From positions 3,072,001 through 3,136,000 of the forward strand of contig CAVTTN010000002.1 of NCBI GenBank assembly GCA_963737655.1: DNA of 64,000 nucleotides, read 5' to 3'. Below are positions 1 through 9,300 of this stretch, one piece after another. A model generated the notes under the pieces. The model had not been told where the DNA came from. It saw nothing but the letters and a program-made list of their open reading frames with translations, and searched no databases. Made by a program: the position numbers and the translations under genes. Origin of the DNA: an uncultured Planctomycetota bacterium. Its GTDB lineage: Bacteria > Planctomycetota > Planctomycetia > Isosphaerales > Isosphaeraceae. Positions within the stretch are counted from its first letter, which is position 1; every line of letters begins with the position of its first letter.

Positions 1-2344
1 GCTGCGAGGTCCCCTTGCCCAGCTCCATCGGCTGCAACTTGGTGGCGCCGGCGCGGCCGAGGGGGACGCTCACCAGCGATCGGCTGTCTCCCTTCCAGTA
101 GTCTTCTCGCTTCGGCGCGATGACCTCGAACGGCACCTCGACGCGGTTGGCCTCCCTCGCCGCGGTGCCGACGGCGTGGAGGAGCTTCGTGAATCCGTCT
201 CCCGGCGGAGGCGAGTCCAGCGAGAGCGGAAAGGCCTGATAATTCGGGTCGCGGAGGACGAACTTGCCGTTGTGCCAGACGAGCTTCGCGGAGTGCATCT
301 CCAGGTCGCGGCGATCGGTATTCACCGGGAAGGGCTGGGCCGTGTCGATCCCCAGGACGAGGTAGACGCCGCACCGGGGGCCGCTCTTGGCGATCGCCGC
401 CAGCCTCTTGGACGACGATTCGGCGAACCCGGTGGGGAAGTCGGCGATCACGAGGACCCGGTACGGCTCGGCGACCTCGCCGGCCTGGGTGTTGTACTGC
501 TCGATCGTGGCGAACTCGTTGCGGAGGTACCGCTGGATCACGGTCTCGATGTGGCTGTTGATCTCGGCGAGCCGGGCGTCGATGTCCTGAGGGTCGGTCC
601 AGATGTGGCCGTTGACCAGCGCCTCGGAATAATCGGCCAGGTGCATGAAGGCGGCGAACGAACGGCCGAGGCCGACCGGGTCGATGATCGTGAAGCGGAC
701 CTTGCCCGGCGGCAGCCCGGTCAGGAACCGGAGCATCACGGCCTGCATCGCGTCGATGGCCTTCTTGCGGCCCTCGTCGCCGGAGAACTCGACGATCACC
801 GACGAGGTGTCGGGGAAGTCGAGAAGGGCGGGCAGGAGGAACTCGTCGGGGGCCATCGCGCGGAGCCGATCGTCCTTCGAGGGGCCTCCGGGGAAGCTCT
901 CCAGCTTCAGGAGGACCTCGCCGATCCTCAGCGCCGGAGGCAGGCCGGGCACGGGCTTCCACGGCGTCCCGTTGGCCCGGGCCCAGTCCGGGAACCGGGG
1001 ATCGACGGCCGATCGCACCCGGGCGATCTCGGCCGAGAGGGCGTCGATGCCGGCCTTCCAGACGTTGGCCAGCGCGTCCCAATCCGCCTTGCGACGGGCC
1101 TCCGCCTCGGCGATCGCGGAGCGGTAATCGGCGAGGGCCTTCTCGGTGGCCGAGGTGTGTTCGGCGGCGATCTCGGCGGATCGGCGCGTCTCGGTCTCGG
1201 CGGCCTGGCGGAGGAGCTTATCCCGGGCCTCGACGATCTCGGCCCTCTGGCCCGTGGCCTTTTCGTCCGCCTCGCGGACCTTCTCCAGCTTCGTCCGATC
1301 GGCGTTTTCGCGGATTCGGTCGCGATCGGCGGTGGCCTTGTCCATCTCGGCGACGCGGCGGGCCGTGGCCTCGGCGACCCGTCGGTCGTGGACCTCGGCG
1401 ATGAAGGGTTTGGCGGCGGTCGCCAGCGCCTCGGCGTCGGCGAGGGCCTGGAGCAAGGGGAGCCGCTCCCGGGCGATGCCGGTCCTGGCGCCTCGGACGA
1501 TCAGGGTCCGTACCCCCCAGCCGATGGCCCCGGAGACGATCACGCCCAGGATCGAGCCGACGATCGGGCCGAGGAAGAAGACGGCCGGGGCGATCAGCAG
1601 GAGGGCGGGCAGCACGAACGCCCAGGCGATCCTCGGCCCCCGGAACGACTGGGCGACCGACAGCCCTTCGAGCTTCAAAAGGGCCGCGTCGGCCGCCACG
1701 ATGGCCGCATGGAGGGGCGGAAAGGGGTCCTCGGCCGGGTCGATCGTGATCGGGGTAATTTCGGCCGCCTGCGGGACGCGATACCCCTTGTAGAGGCCCA
1801 GGATGATCCCGGTGGCGTCCTGGAGGACCTTGAGCGTCTCGCGCTCGGCGGCCAGGAGCTTTAGGTGCTCGGCCCGCCACTCCTGGGCGCCTTTCTCGGC
1901 GGTCTCGAAGACGGCCGACGCCTCCCATCGGGCGGACTCGAACCGCGATTCGGCCCCCTCGACGTCCCGGCGATGGCGGGCGAGGGCCGTCTTCCGGCTC
2001 TTCTGATGCTCGGCCTCGACGGTTGCGGTCCTGGCCTGGAACTGCGAGTTGGCGCCCGACCGGATCTTGGCGACCAGGGCCCGGAACTCGGCGGTCTCGG
2101 CGTCCCGTCGGGCGTCGGCGGCCTGGATCGCGGCGGATCGGGCCTCCTCGGCCCGGCGGATTCGGGCCTCGAAGACGGCCGCCGTTTTGGTCTCGGCCTC
2201 GGCCCGGGCGGAGGTCAGCCGGGCGAGCTCGCCGGGGATCTTCGACCATCGGGCGTGGATGGACGGGCCGGCGGGGTGGCCTTCCCCGTGATGGGGTTCC
2301 GTCCGGGGCGTGGCCCCGGCGTGGGCGAGTTCAGGAGCGGCCAT
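1..2344 (-). CDS. FtsK/SpoIIIE-domain membrane ATPase (EssC/EccC-like), 3' end beyond window
   Basis: ATG at 2344 opens a frame with no stop to position 1, so it is absent from the ORF track. Translation: Ala/Glu/Arg coiled coil, a hydrophobic hairpin (AWAFVLPALLLIAPAVFFLGPIVGSILGVIVSGAIGW), a second coiled coil, then FtsK-like motifs FTIIDPVGLG, IEQYNTQAGEVAEPYRVLVIADFP and GPRCGVYLVLG. It ends VPLGRAGATKLQPMELGKGTSQ, the kind of segment that normally precedes a Walker A motif. Confidence 0.85.
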   Translation of the reverse strand, partial: MAAPELAHAGATPRTEPHHGEGHPAGPSIHARWSKIPGELARLTSARAEAETKTAAVFEARIRRAEEARSAAIQAADARRDAETAEFRALVAKIRSGANSQFQARTATVEAEHQKSRKTALARHRRDVEGAESRFESARWEASAVFETAEKGAQEWRAEHLKLLAAERETLKVLQDATGIILGLYKGYRVPQAAEITPITIDPAEDPFPPLHAAIVAADAALLKLEGLSVAQSFRGPRIAWAFVLPALLLIAPAVFFLGPIVGSILGVIVSGAIGWGVRTLIVRGARTGIARERLPLLQALADAEALATAAKPFIAEVHDRRVAEATARRVAEMDKATADRDRIRENADRTKLEKVREADEKATGQRAEIVEARDKLLRQAAETETRRSAEIAAEHTSATEKALADYRSAIAEAEARRKADWDALANVWKAGIDALSAEIARVRSAVDPRFPDWARANGTPWKPVPGLPPALRIGEVLLKLESFPGGPSKDDRLRAMAPDEFLLPALLDFPDTSSVIVEFSGDEGRKKAIDAMQAVMLRFLTGLPPGKVRFTIIDPVGLGRSFAAFMHLADYSEALVNGHIWTDPQDIDARLAEINSHIETVIQRYLRNEFATIEQYNTQAGEVAEPYRVLVIADFPTGFAESSSKRLAAIAKSGPRCGVYLVLGIDTAQPFPVNTDRRDLEMHSAKLVWHNGKFVLRDPNYQAFPLSLDSPPPGDGFTKLLHAVGTAAREANRVEVPFEVIAPKREDYWKGDSRSLVSVPLGRAGATKLQPMELGKGTSQ

Positions 2345-2347
2345 GGG

Positions 2348-2560
2348 TCAGGAGCATTCCCGGTAGATCCGTGAGAGGACGTCGCAGAGCGCCTGCATCG
2401 CCCGGAGGGTGGCCGTGGCCTGGGATTCCATCGGAATGATCCGCCTCTCCTCGAAGTCCTGGCGGACCACGTCCCGCCAGCCGTCGCCGGTCTCGTCCCA
2501 GCGGGCCAGCAGGGTCTTGGTCGCGTTGCGAAGCTGGGCGGTGCCGGAGCCGACATACAT
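2348..2560 (-). CDS. small helical WXG100-like protein (70 aa)
   Basis: 1 bp from the upstream stop and 3 bp from the downstream ATG. Central W-R-D-x5-F-x-E motif shared with the 90-aa WXG100-like protein. Confidence 0.75.
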   Translation of the reverse strand: MYVGSGTAQLRNATKTLLARWDETGDGWRDVVRQDFEERRIIPMESQATATLRAMQALCDVLSRIYRECS

Positions 2561-2561
2561 C

Positions 2562-3209
2562 TCAGCGTCCCTCCTCGACCGGAGCGGGCCCGGCCTCCTC
2601 GGCCTGTTGCGTCGCGGGTTCGGCCTCGGCCTTGGACGCCGGAGGGGCCGCGATCGTTCCCGTCGTCGAGACGGCCGCCGGGGCGGACGACGCGCCGACC
2701 GCGGGCCGGGCCGGCTGGGTCTCGGGCGGGGCGATCCGCGAGTATTCTTCGATGGCCACGATCATCCGATCGACCATCGCGATCGATTGCTGGAGTTCGT
2801 ATTCCAGCATGTCCGCCAGGGGCCGGGCCCGGCCGTCGTACTCGCCCACGGCCTGTTCCAGCTGGGGAATCCAGCGGCGGACGGTCTCCAGCTTCTCCTC
2901 GGCCTCCTCCAGGTGGACCTTCGCCTTGCGGACCGCCTCGCGCTGCTCGGAGTCGTGGGCGTTCGAGCCGTCCTTCGCGCCCAACTGCTTGCGGAAGAGC
3001 TCGGCCTTGGCGTTGGAGAGGTCTTCCTTCCTCCTCTTGATCTCGGTCTGCCAGTGGATGCGCTGGTCGTGGGTCAGCCAGTCGATGCACCGGCGGATCT
3101 CCATCTCCATCGCGCCGAGCGCATGCTTGGCGTCGTCGCCGAAGAGGGCGAGCGACTCTCGGACGGCCTCCAGGACGTCGACCGACGAGACATCGACGGG
3201 CAGTGCCAT
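2562..3209 (-). CDS. coiled-coil hypothetical protein (215 aa) with Ala/Pro-rich tail
   Basis: Helical heptad-like sequence; tightly packed in the operon; GGAGG-like RBS upstream. Confidence 0.8.
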   Translation of the reverse strand: MALPVDVSSVDVLEAVRESLALFGDDAKHALGAMEMEIRRCIDWLTHDQRIHWQTEIKRRKEDLSNAKAELFRKQLGAKDGSNAHDSEQREAVRKAKVHLEEAEEKLETVRRWIPQLEQAVGEYDGRARPLADMLEYELQQSIAMVDRMIVAIEEYSRIAPPETQPARPAVGASSAPAAVSTTGTIAAPPASKAEAEPATQQAEEAGPAPVEEGR

Positions 3210-3234
3210 CGGGATCGGGCCTCCCCTGGGCTAG

Positions 3235-3507
3235 CTAGCGTTGCCTGAGGTATTCCTCGGCACGGTCGGCCTTCCGGACGAGGAACGGGATGTGCTCATC
3301 GGTGACCTCGATGAATCGCGTGATCACCTGCATGGTCTGCTCGAATTCCTCGGTGAACTTCTCGTGCTCGCGGTCCCGCCAGCTCTGCGAGAGGTTCATG
3401 AGCTGGCCGTGGAGCGCCGTGAGGCTCTCGGAAAGCTCCATGTTGAACTGCTTGAGGTTGTTGGCGAACCGGCGGAGCTCCTCCGGATCGACATTGGCCT
3501 GGGGCAT
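3235..3507 (-). CDS. WXG100-family (ESAT-6-like) protein, 90 aa
   Basis: MPQANVDPEELRRFANNLKQF...LSQSWRDREHEKFTEEFEQ. The N-terminal VDPEEL, central Trp turn and ~90-aa helix-turn-helix size are typical. GGAGG RBS upstream of ATG 3507. Confidence 0.88.
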   Translation of the reverse strand: MPQANVDPEELRRFANNLKQFNMELSESLTALHGQLMNLSQSWRDREHEKFTEEFEQTMQVITRFIEVTDEHIPFLVRKADRAEEYLRQR

Positions 3508-3557
3508 GGGAGGTCCCTCCGACCGGCCTGGGCTCGCGATGGGGCACGACCCTTCCC

Positions 3558-3586
3558 AGGCTATCCGTCGCGGAGGCCGATGTAAA
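3558..3586 (-). promoter_or_regulatory. putative sigma70 promoter of the WXG100/FtsK operon
   Basis: Minus strand TTTACA (3586-3581), 17-bp spacer, TAGCCT (3563-3558); about 50 bp upstream of the WXG100 ATG. Confidence 0.55.
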
Positions 3587-3617
3587 GCGACCGCCGTTGG
3601 ATGCATGGCCCGCATCC

Positions 3618-5578
3618 TCATGTCGAGTGCATTCTTCCAATCCCCATCGCCTTGCGGATCGCTTCGAGGGCCCTCGGGTCCTCCAGCCCCGTGAGGTCGC
3701 CGGCCGGCTCGCCCAGTGCGGAAGCCCGGATCGCCCTCCTCACCACCTTGCCGCTCCGAGTCTTCGGCAATTCGTCGAGGAAGACCACGCGAGACGGCGC
3801 GAACGACTTGCCGAGGGCCTCGGCGACGACGCCTCTCAGCTCCTCCATGAGCCGGCTCGCTTCGAACATCGGGACCTTCACCACGACGAACGCCCAGACG
3901 GCCTCCCCCTTGATCGCGTCGGGCACGCCCACGGCGGCGGCCTCGGCCACCCAGGGATGGCCGGTCAGGGCCGATTCGATCTCCGCCGGGCCGACCCTCT
4001 TGCCCGAGACCTTGATCGTGTCGTCGCTCCGGCCGTGGAGGAACCACTGGCCGAACTCGTCCACCGAGGCCCAGTCGCCGTGCGCCCAGACGCCCGGCCA
4101 TCGCGACCAGTACGCGGCGCGATACCGCTCGGCGCGTTCCAGAACCCCCGGGTCATCCCCGGCCAGGGCTTCCGACACACCAGCTCCCCGACCTGCCCTC
4201 GGACCGATTTCCCTTCGGGATCGACCACGTCCACGGCCATCCCCAGGCTCGGGCCGCCGAGCGAGCCGGGCTCCAGGCGATCGGTCGGGAACGGCGACAG
4301 GAAGCATGCCCCGACCTCGGTGCCCCCGGAGAAATTCATCACCGGGCATCGGCGTCGGCCGACCGTCTCGAAGTACCAACGCCACGGGCCCGGGTTCCAC
4401 GTCTCGCCCGTCGAGCCGAGGATTCGCAGGGAGGCGAGGTCGTGCGAGAGGACCGGCCCGTCCCCGTGCTTCATCAGGGATCGGACCAGAGTGGGAGAGA
4501 CGCCCAGGATCGTCACGCGATGCCTGGCGACGATCGACCACAACCGATCGACGTCCGGGAAATCCGGCACGCCTTCATACAAGACGATCGTCCCGCCCAT
4601 CGCGAGCCCGCCGACGACCTCCCACGGGCCCATGATCCAGCCCATGTCCGTGAACCAGAAAAGTCGGTCCTCCGGCGTCAGATCGACCTGGTGGGCGACC
4701 TCCTGGGCGATCTTCGCGAGGAACCCGCCGTGGACGTGGACGGCGCCCTTCGGCCGTCCGGTGGTCCCGGAGGTGTACGCGATCAAGAATGGATCTTCCG
4801 AACTCATCGATTCGTTCGGCGCGTCGTCCGGGGCGGCCTCCGCGAGTTCTTCGAGCCAGGAATCCCGGCCCGAGCGCATGGAAACCGGGACGTTCGCACG
4901 GCGGACGACCAGGACATGGCGGACCGTCGGGCTGGAATCGGCGGCGAGGTCCGCCACGTCCTTCAAACGAATGATCGCGCCCTTGCGGAAGAATCCATCG
5001 GCCGTGACGAGCACGCAACTGCCCGAGTCGCGGAGCCTCTCGGCCACGGCCTCGTGACCGAATCCCGAGAAGATCGGCAACGCGATGGCGCCGATCCGGG
5101 AGACGGCGAGGAAGGCGGTGACGACCTCGGGGATCATGGGCAGCATCAAGGCCACGCGGTCCCCCCGGCCGACTCCGAGAGACTTCAATACCGAGGCGAC
5201 CCGGCATGTCTCGGCCCGGAGTTCTCGATAGGAGAACGTGCGAACCGGGCCGTCCTCGCCTTCCCAGATCAGGGCCGACCGGTCGCCTCCGGGCGAGTCG
5301 GCATGGCGATCGAGGCAGTTGTGAGCGACGTTCAACCGCCCCCCGACGAACCATCGGGCCCATTCCGGGCCGTCCGATGCGTCGAGCACGCGCTCATAGG
5401 GCTCGAAGAAGTCGATCGGCAGTTCCTTGACCACGGCATCCCAGAACCATTCGATGTCTTCAACCGACCGGAGCCGCAACTCGTCCACCGTCGCCAGGCC
5501 GAGCCGGCGGGCGAACCGCGAGACGTTGCAGCCTTCAACCATTTCGGGGGGAGGCGTCCAGGCAAACGGGGCGTCCAT
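3618..5578 (-). CDS. acetyl/acyl-CoA synthetase (AMP-forming), frameshifted at ~4131
   Basis: AMP-binding motif YTSGTTGRPKG in ORF 3965..5578. The C-terminus (GRSDDTIKVSGKR, LPKTRSGKVVRR) is in ORF 3618..4541. One extra C at 4131-4132 restores FWNAPERY. Confidence 0.88.
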
Positions 5579-5590
5579 CGCTCGTCCTCG

Positions 5591-6199
5591 TCAAGAGGGC
5601 CGGCGGAGATCGAAGAGGTCGGAGGTCCGGCAATAGAAATCCCCCCCGAGACGGCCGATCGTCCGCAGCTTCCTCGGGTCGATCCGGCCGTTCTCGTCGA
5701 AGAGCGCGTCCTCGACGTGAATCGCGAGGACTTCTCCGATGACGAGGTTCGCCGCCATGGGACCGTCGCCGATCGAGACGATTTGCAGGACCCGGCATTC
5801 CATGTGGGCCGGCGACTCGGCCACCCGGGGCGGCTTGACCTTGAACGAGGGCACCAGCGTCAAGCCGGCCAGGTCGGCCTCGCTCTCGCCCCGGGGAAGT
5901 TCGGCCGACGACAAATTCATGGCTTCGGCGACCGACTCCGCCACGGCGTTCAGGACGAACTCGCTGCCCGCCTCGACGTTCAGGAGCGTATCTTTCCGAC
6001 CGCCATCGCGGCGGACGGTGGGCGAGAACACGACCACGGGCGGGTTCGACCCGAACACATTGAAGAAGCTGTACGGGGCGAGGTTCACCCGGCCGGATTC
6101 GTCGAGCGTCGTGACCCAGGCGATCGGCCTCGGCGTGACGATCCCGACGAGCAGGTGGTACACATCCACGGGCGACACGGTTCCAACGTCAATTTGCAT
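5591..6199 (-). CDS. flavin reductase-like FMN-binding protein
   Basis: PRPIAWVTT, NLAPYSFFN, KDTLLN, ECRV and GRLGG motifs. Confidence 0.88.
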   Translation of the reverse strand: MQIDVGTVSPVDVYHLLVGIVTPRPIAWVTTLDESGRVNLAPYSFFNVFGSNPPVVVFSPTVRRDGGRKDTLLNVEAGSEFVLNAVAESVAEAMNLSSAELPRGESEADLAGLTLVPSFKVKPPRVAESPAHMECRVLQIVSIGDGPMAANLVIGEVLAIHVEDALFDENGRIDPRKLRTIGRLGGDFYCRTSDLFDLRRPS

Positions 6200-6310
6200 G
6201 AATGCCTCTCGGGGACATCGCCTCGATCGGAAGAGAGCCCTGGTTCCGGCGGGATTCGAGCCCTTCGCCGAGACGGACCCGACGAAGGACCCGGCGATCC
6301 TACCCGAAAC

Positions 6311-9300
6311 TCATTTCGTGGCCGACTTGCTCTCCAGATCGAGCTGGATCTTGCGGAACCGGACCTCGGTCGGCCCCCCCGAGTGGAGCTGGAAGCCGAA
6401 GATGCCTCGCCTCGCCCCGGCGGGATCGTTGAGATCGACGCACGTCTTCCCGTTGATCCTGGTCACGATCTTCGGTCCGATCGCGACGACCTCATACGTG
6501 TTCCAGTCGCCGGGCTTGACGAACGCCTCGCCCGACTTGTCCCACAGGAGGCCGCGGCCGTTCTCCTCGTAGAGCTTGCCCCACCAGCCGGCGCCGATGT
6601 CGGCCTGATCCCCCTTCATCTCGCCGTCGGCGAGGCTCTGGCTGCGGAACTGGAGGCCGCTGTTCCCCTCATTCTTGACGAGCTTGACCTCGAACGAGAG
6701 GCGGAAGTCCTCGGCGGCCAGCTCGGAGCGGAGGAACTCGTTCCGCTTCAGGCCGGTCGTTCGGCCCACGATCTCGCCGTCCTCGACGCTCCAAAGCTTC
6801 GGGTCGCCTTGCCACCCGGAGAGGTCCTTGCCGTTGAAGAACGCCTTCGCCGTCTCGGGCGTGGCGAGGAGCGGCACCTGATTGGGGCTGGCGAGATAGG
6901 CCACGAGCGACCGGACCTCGAAATCGGTGAGGGGCGTCCAGAGGTCATCGGGCATCATCGACTTGTCGCTCAACTTCCGCTCGTCGATCTCCCCTTTGGG
7001 GACGATCACGGTCTCATTGGCGGTCACGAGAGTGATCGCGTCCTTGTCCTCGGCCCGGACGATCCCGGTCAGGGTCCGGCCGTCCTTGGTGGCGATCACG
7101 TGGGCGAGATAGTCCTTGCCGATCAGGGCGTTCGGGTCCAGGACGTTCGAGAGGACGTATTCGAGGTCCGCCCGATTCGAGCCGGTGAGCTCCGGCCCGA
7201 CCTTCCCGCCCGTCCCGAACAACGTATGACATTGCGAACAGGTCTTCGCGTACATCGCACGGCCGAGCATGACGTCGGGCGCGCCGGTGTAACCCGCCCG
7301 GACGATCCCCCGGTACTTCGTGATCAGCCTGGACTTGTCCGGATCGGTGTCGCGGACCGCGCCCCAGACCTCGGCGATCCGCGAGTTCACGGAGTCGTCC
7401 TTGAGGTTGCGGAGCTGGCGGATCAGGTCGGCCGAGAGCTCCGAGGGGGCGATCGTCTTGACGGCCACGGCATCCAGCATGGCCCGGGCCGAGCGAGGAC
7501 GCGCCGCCAGGGTGTTCAGGGCGTCACGCTTGTCGGCCGTCGTGAGGTCGGGATAGGCTTTCAGGAGGAGTGCGGGCGTCTCGGCGTCGTCGTAGGCGGC
7601 GAGTCCTCGGATGGCCGGGCCTCGCAAGGCCGGGTCCGTTTCGGCCTTGGCGACCAGGTCCCTCAAGGTCGCCGAAAGCTCCGGATCGTGGACCTTGAGC
7701 AGGGTCGTCAAGGCCGCCAGGCGTCGCGAGGTCTCGGCCCGGCCGTCTTCGAGCGACTTGCGGACCTGGGCCAGCGCCGACGGGTCGCCGAACGTGACCC
7801 CGAGCAGAACGGCTCGCGAGCGCAGGCCCTCGTCCGATTCCTTCGCGAGTGCCCGAGACACCGCCGGCCATCCCTTCGGCATCGCGGCCTGGCGGCGCCC
7901 CTTCAGCGCCTCGTCGATCCCGCCCAGGAGGGCCGCCTTCTGATCTCCGCTCGTCGCCTTGCCGAGCACGTCGACGAGGAGCGCGATGGCCTCGTCGGTC
8001 CCGAGAGACGCCACTCGTCGCGTCATGAACGGCAACGTGTTGGGCAGCTTGCTCGAAAGGGCGAGCGCCATCGCCCGGGACGCGTCCGCCGCGGCGAGCG
8101 GCTCGGCCGCGTACCAGGTCATCAGGGGCAGATTCGGGTCGTTCGCATCCTCGGCGTGACCGAGGAGGCCGGCGAGCACGTCCCATCGCTTCCCCAGGGG
8201 CAGCCTCTGGAGGGCCGAGGCCAGCGAGAGCCGGACCACCGGCGACGCATCCGCCTTCGCCATCTCGACGAACCTCGCGAGGATCGCGGCCGACGGCTCG
8301 CCGTCCTCGACCGCCAGCCTCACGGCCCACGATCGGTAGTGCGGCTCCGGATTCGCCAGGGCCGTCGCGATCTCGGAGTCCTCACGCATGCCGCCGACGG
8401 CTCGGGCCGTCAGGAGAGCACGGATCTGGACCTGCGCATCTTCGGCCGCTTCGGAGGAGAGCGTCTTGAGCAGGGCTCGGGCCTCGGGATCGTTCCCACG
8501 CTCCTGGAGAATCCTCCGGGCGTGCCGGGCCTTCCACTCGTTGTCGGATTTCTGGAGCGTCACGAGTTCGGCCGTGCTCATTTTTCTCAGATCCACCGGC
8601 CTGACCTTCGCGTCTCCGTAAACGACCTTGAAGATCCGCCCGTTGGTGCGGTCGTGGGCGCCGTCCTCGACCCGGTGGCACTGGTTCTTGTCGTACCAGT
8701 CGATCATGTACGCATTGCCGTCCGGCCCGTACTTCAGGCTGACGATCTGCGACCAGCTATCGTTGGCGAAGAGGAAATCCGGGGCGTGCGAGCCGACGAA
8801 CCCCGAACCCTTGGGGGCGAGGATGTCGCGGTTGAGCCTGGCCCCGTGGATGTTGTTCATGAAGAGCGAGCCGCGATATTCCTTCGGCCACGCCCCGCCG
8901 AGGTAGATCATCGCGCCGGAGTGGGCGTGGCCGCCGCCCATCGAGTCGGACCGGCCGTTGCCCGCATGGGGGTTGCCGCCGACGTAATGGCGGTGATCGG
9001 CGATGGTCTTGATGTCGTCATAGGTAAACGGATTGAAGTGCGGGCCGGCCTGCCGTTCGTAGCGCCCCCCCGGGATCATCTCGTAGAGGTGGGGGATCAC
9101 GCAGGAGGTGATGAATGCATCTCCATTTTCATCCCAGTCGATGCCCCAGGGGTTGCTCGTGCCGTGGGCGAAGACCTCGAACTTGTCCTTCGTCGGGTGG
9201 TACCGCCAGATCCCGGCGTTGATGCCGACCCGGTTCGCCTCGGGAGTGCCGGGCTTGCCGACGAGCGAGTGGGTGAACACGCCGTGGCAGCCGTAGAGCC

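Noticed and set aside
3235..4101. 288-aa version of the WXG100 protein
   Set aside because: The upstream part overlaps the acyl-CoA synthetase in another frame; the RBS and promoter support ATG 3507.
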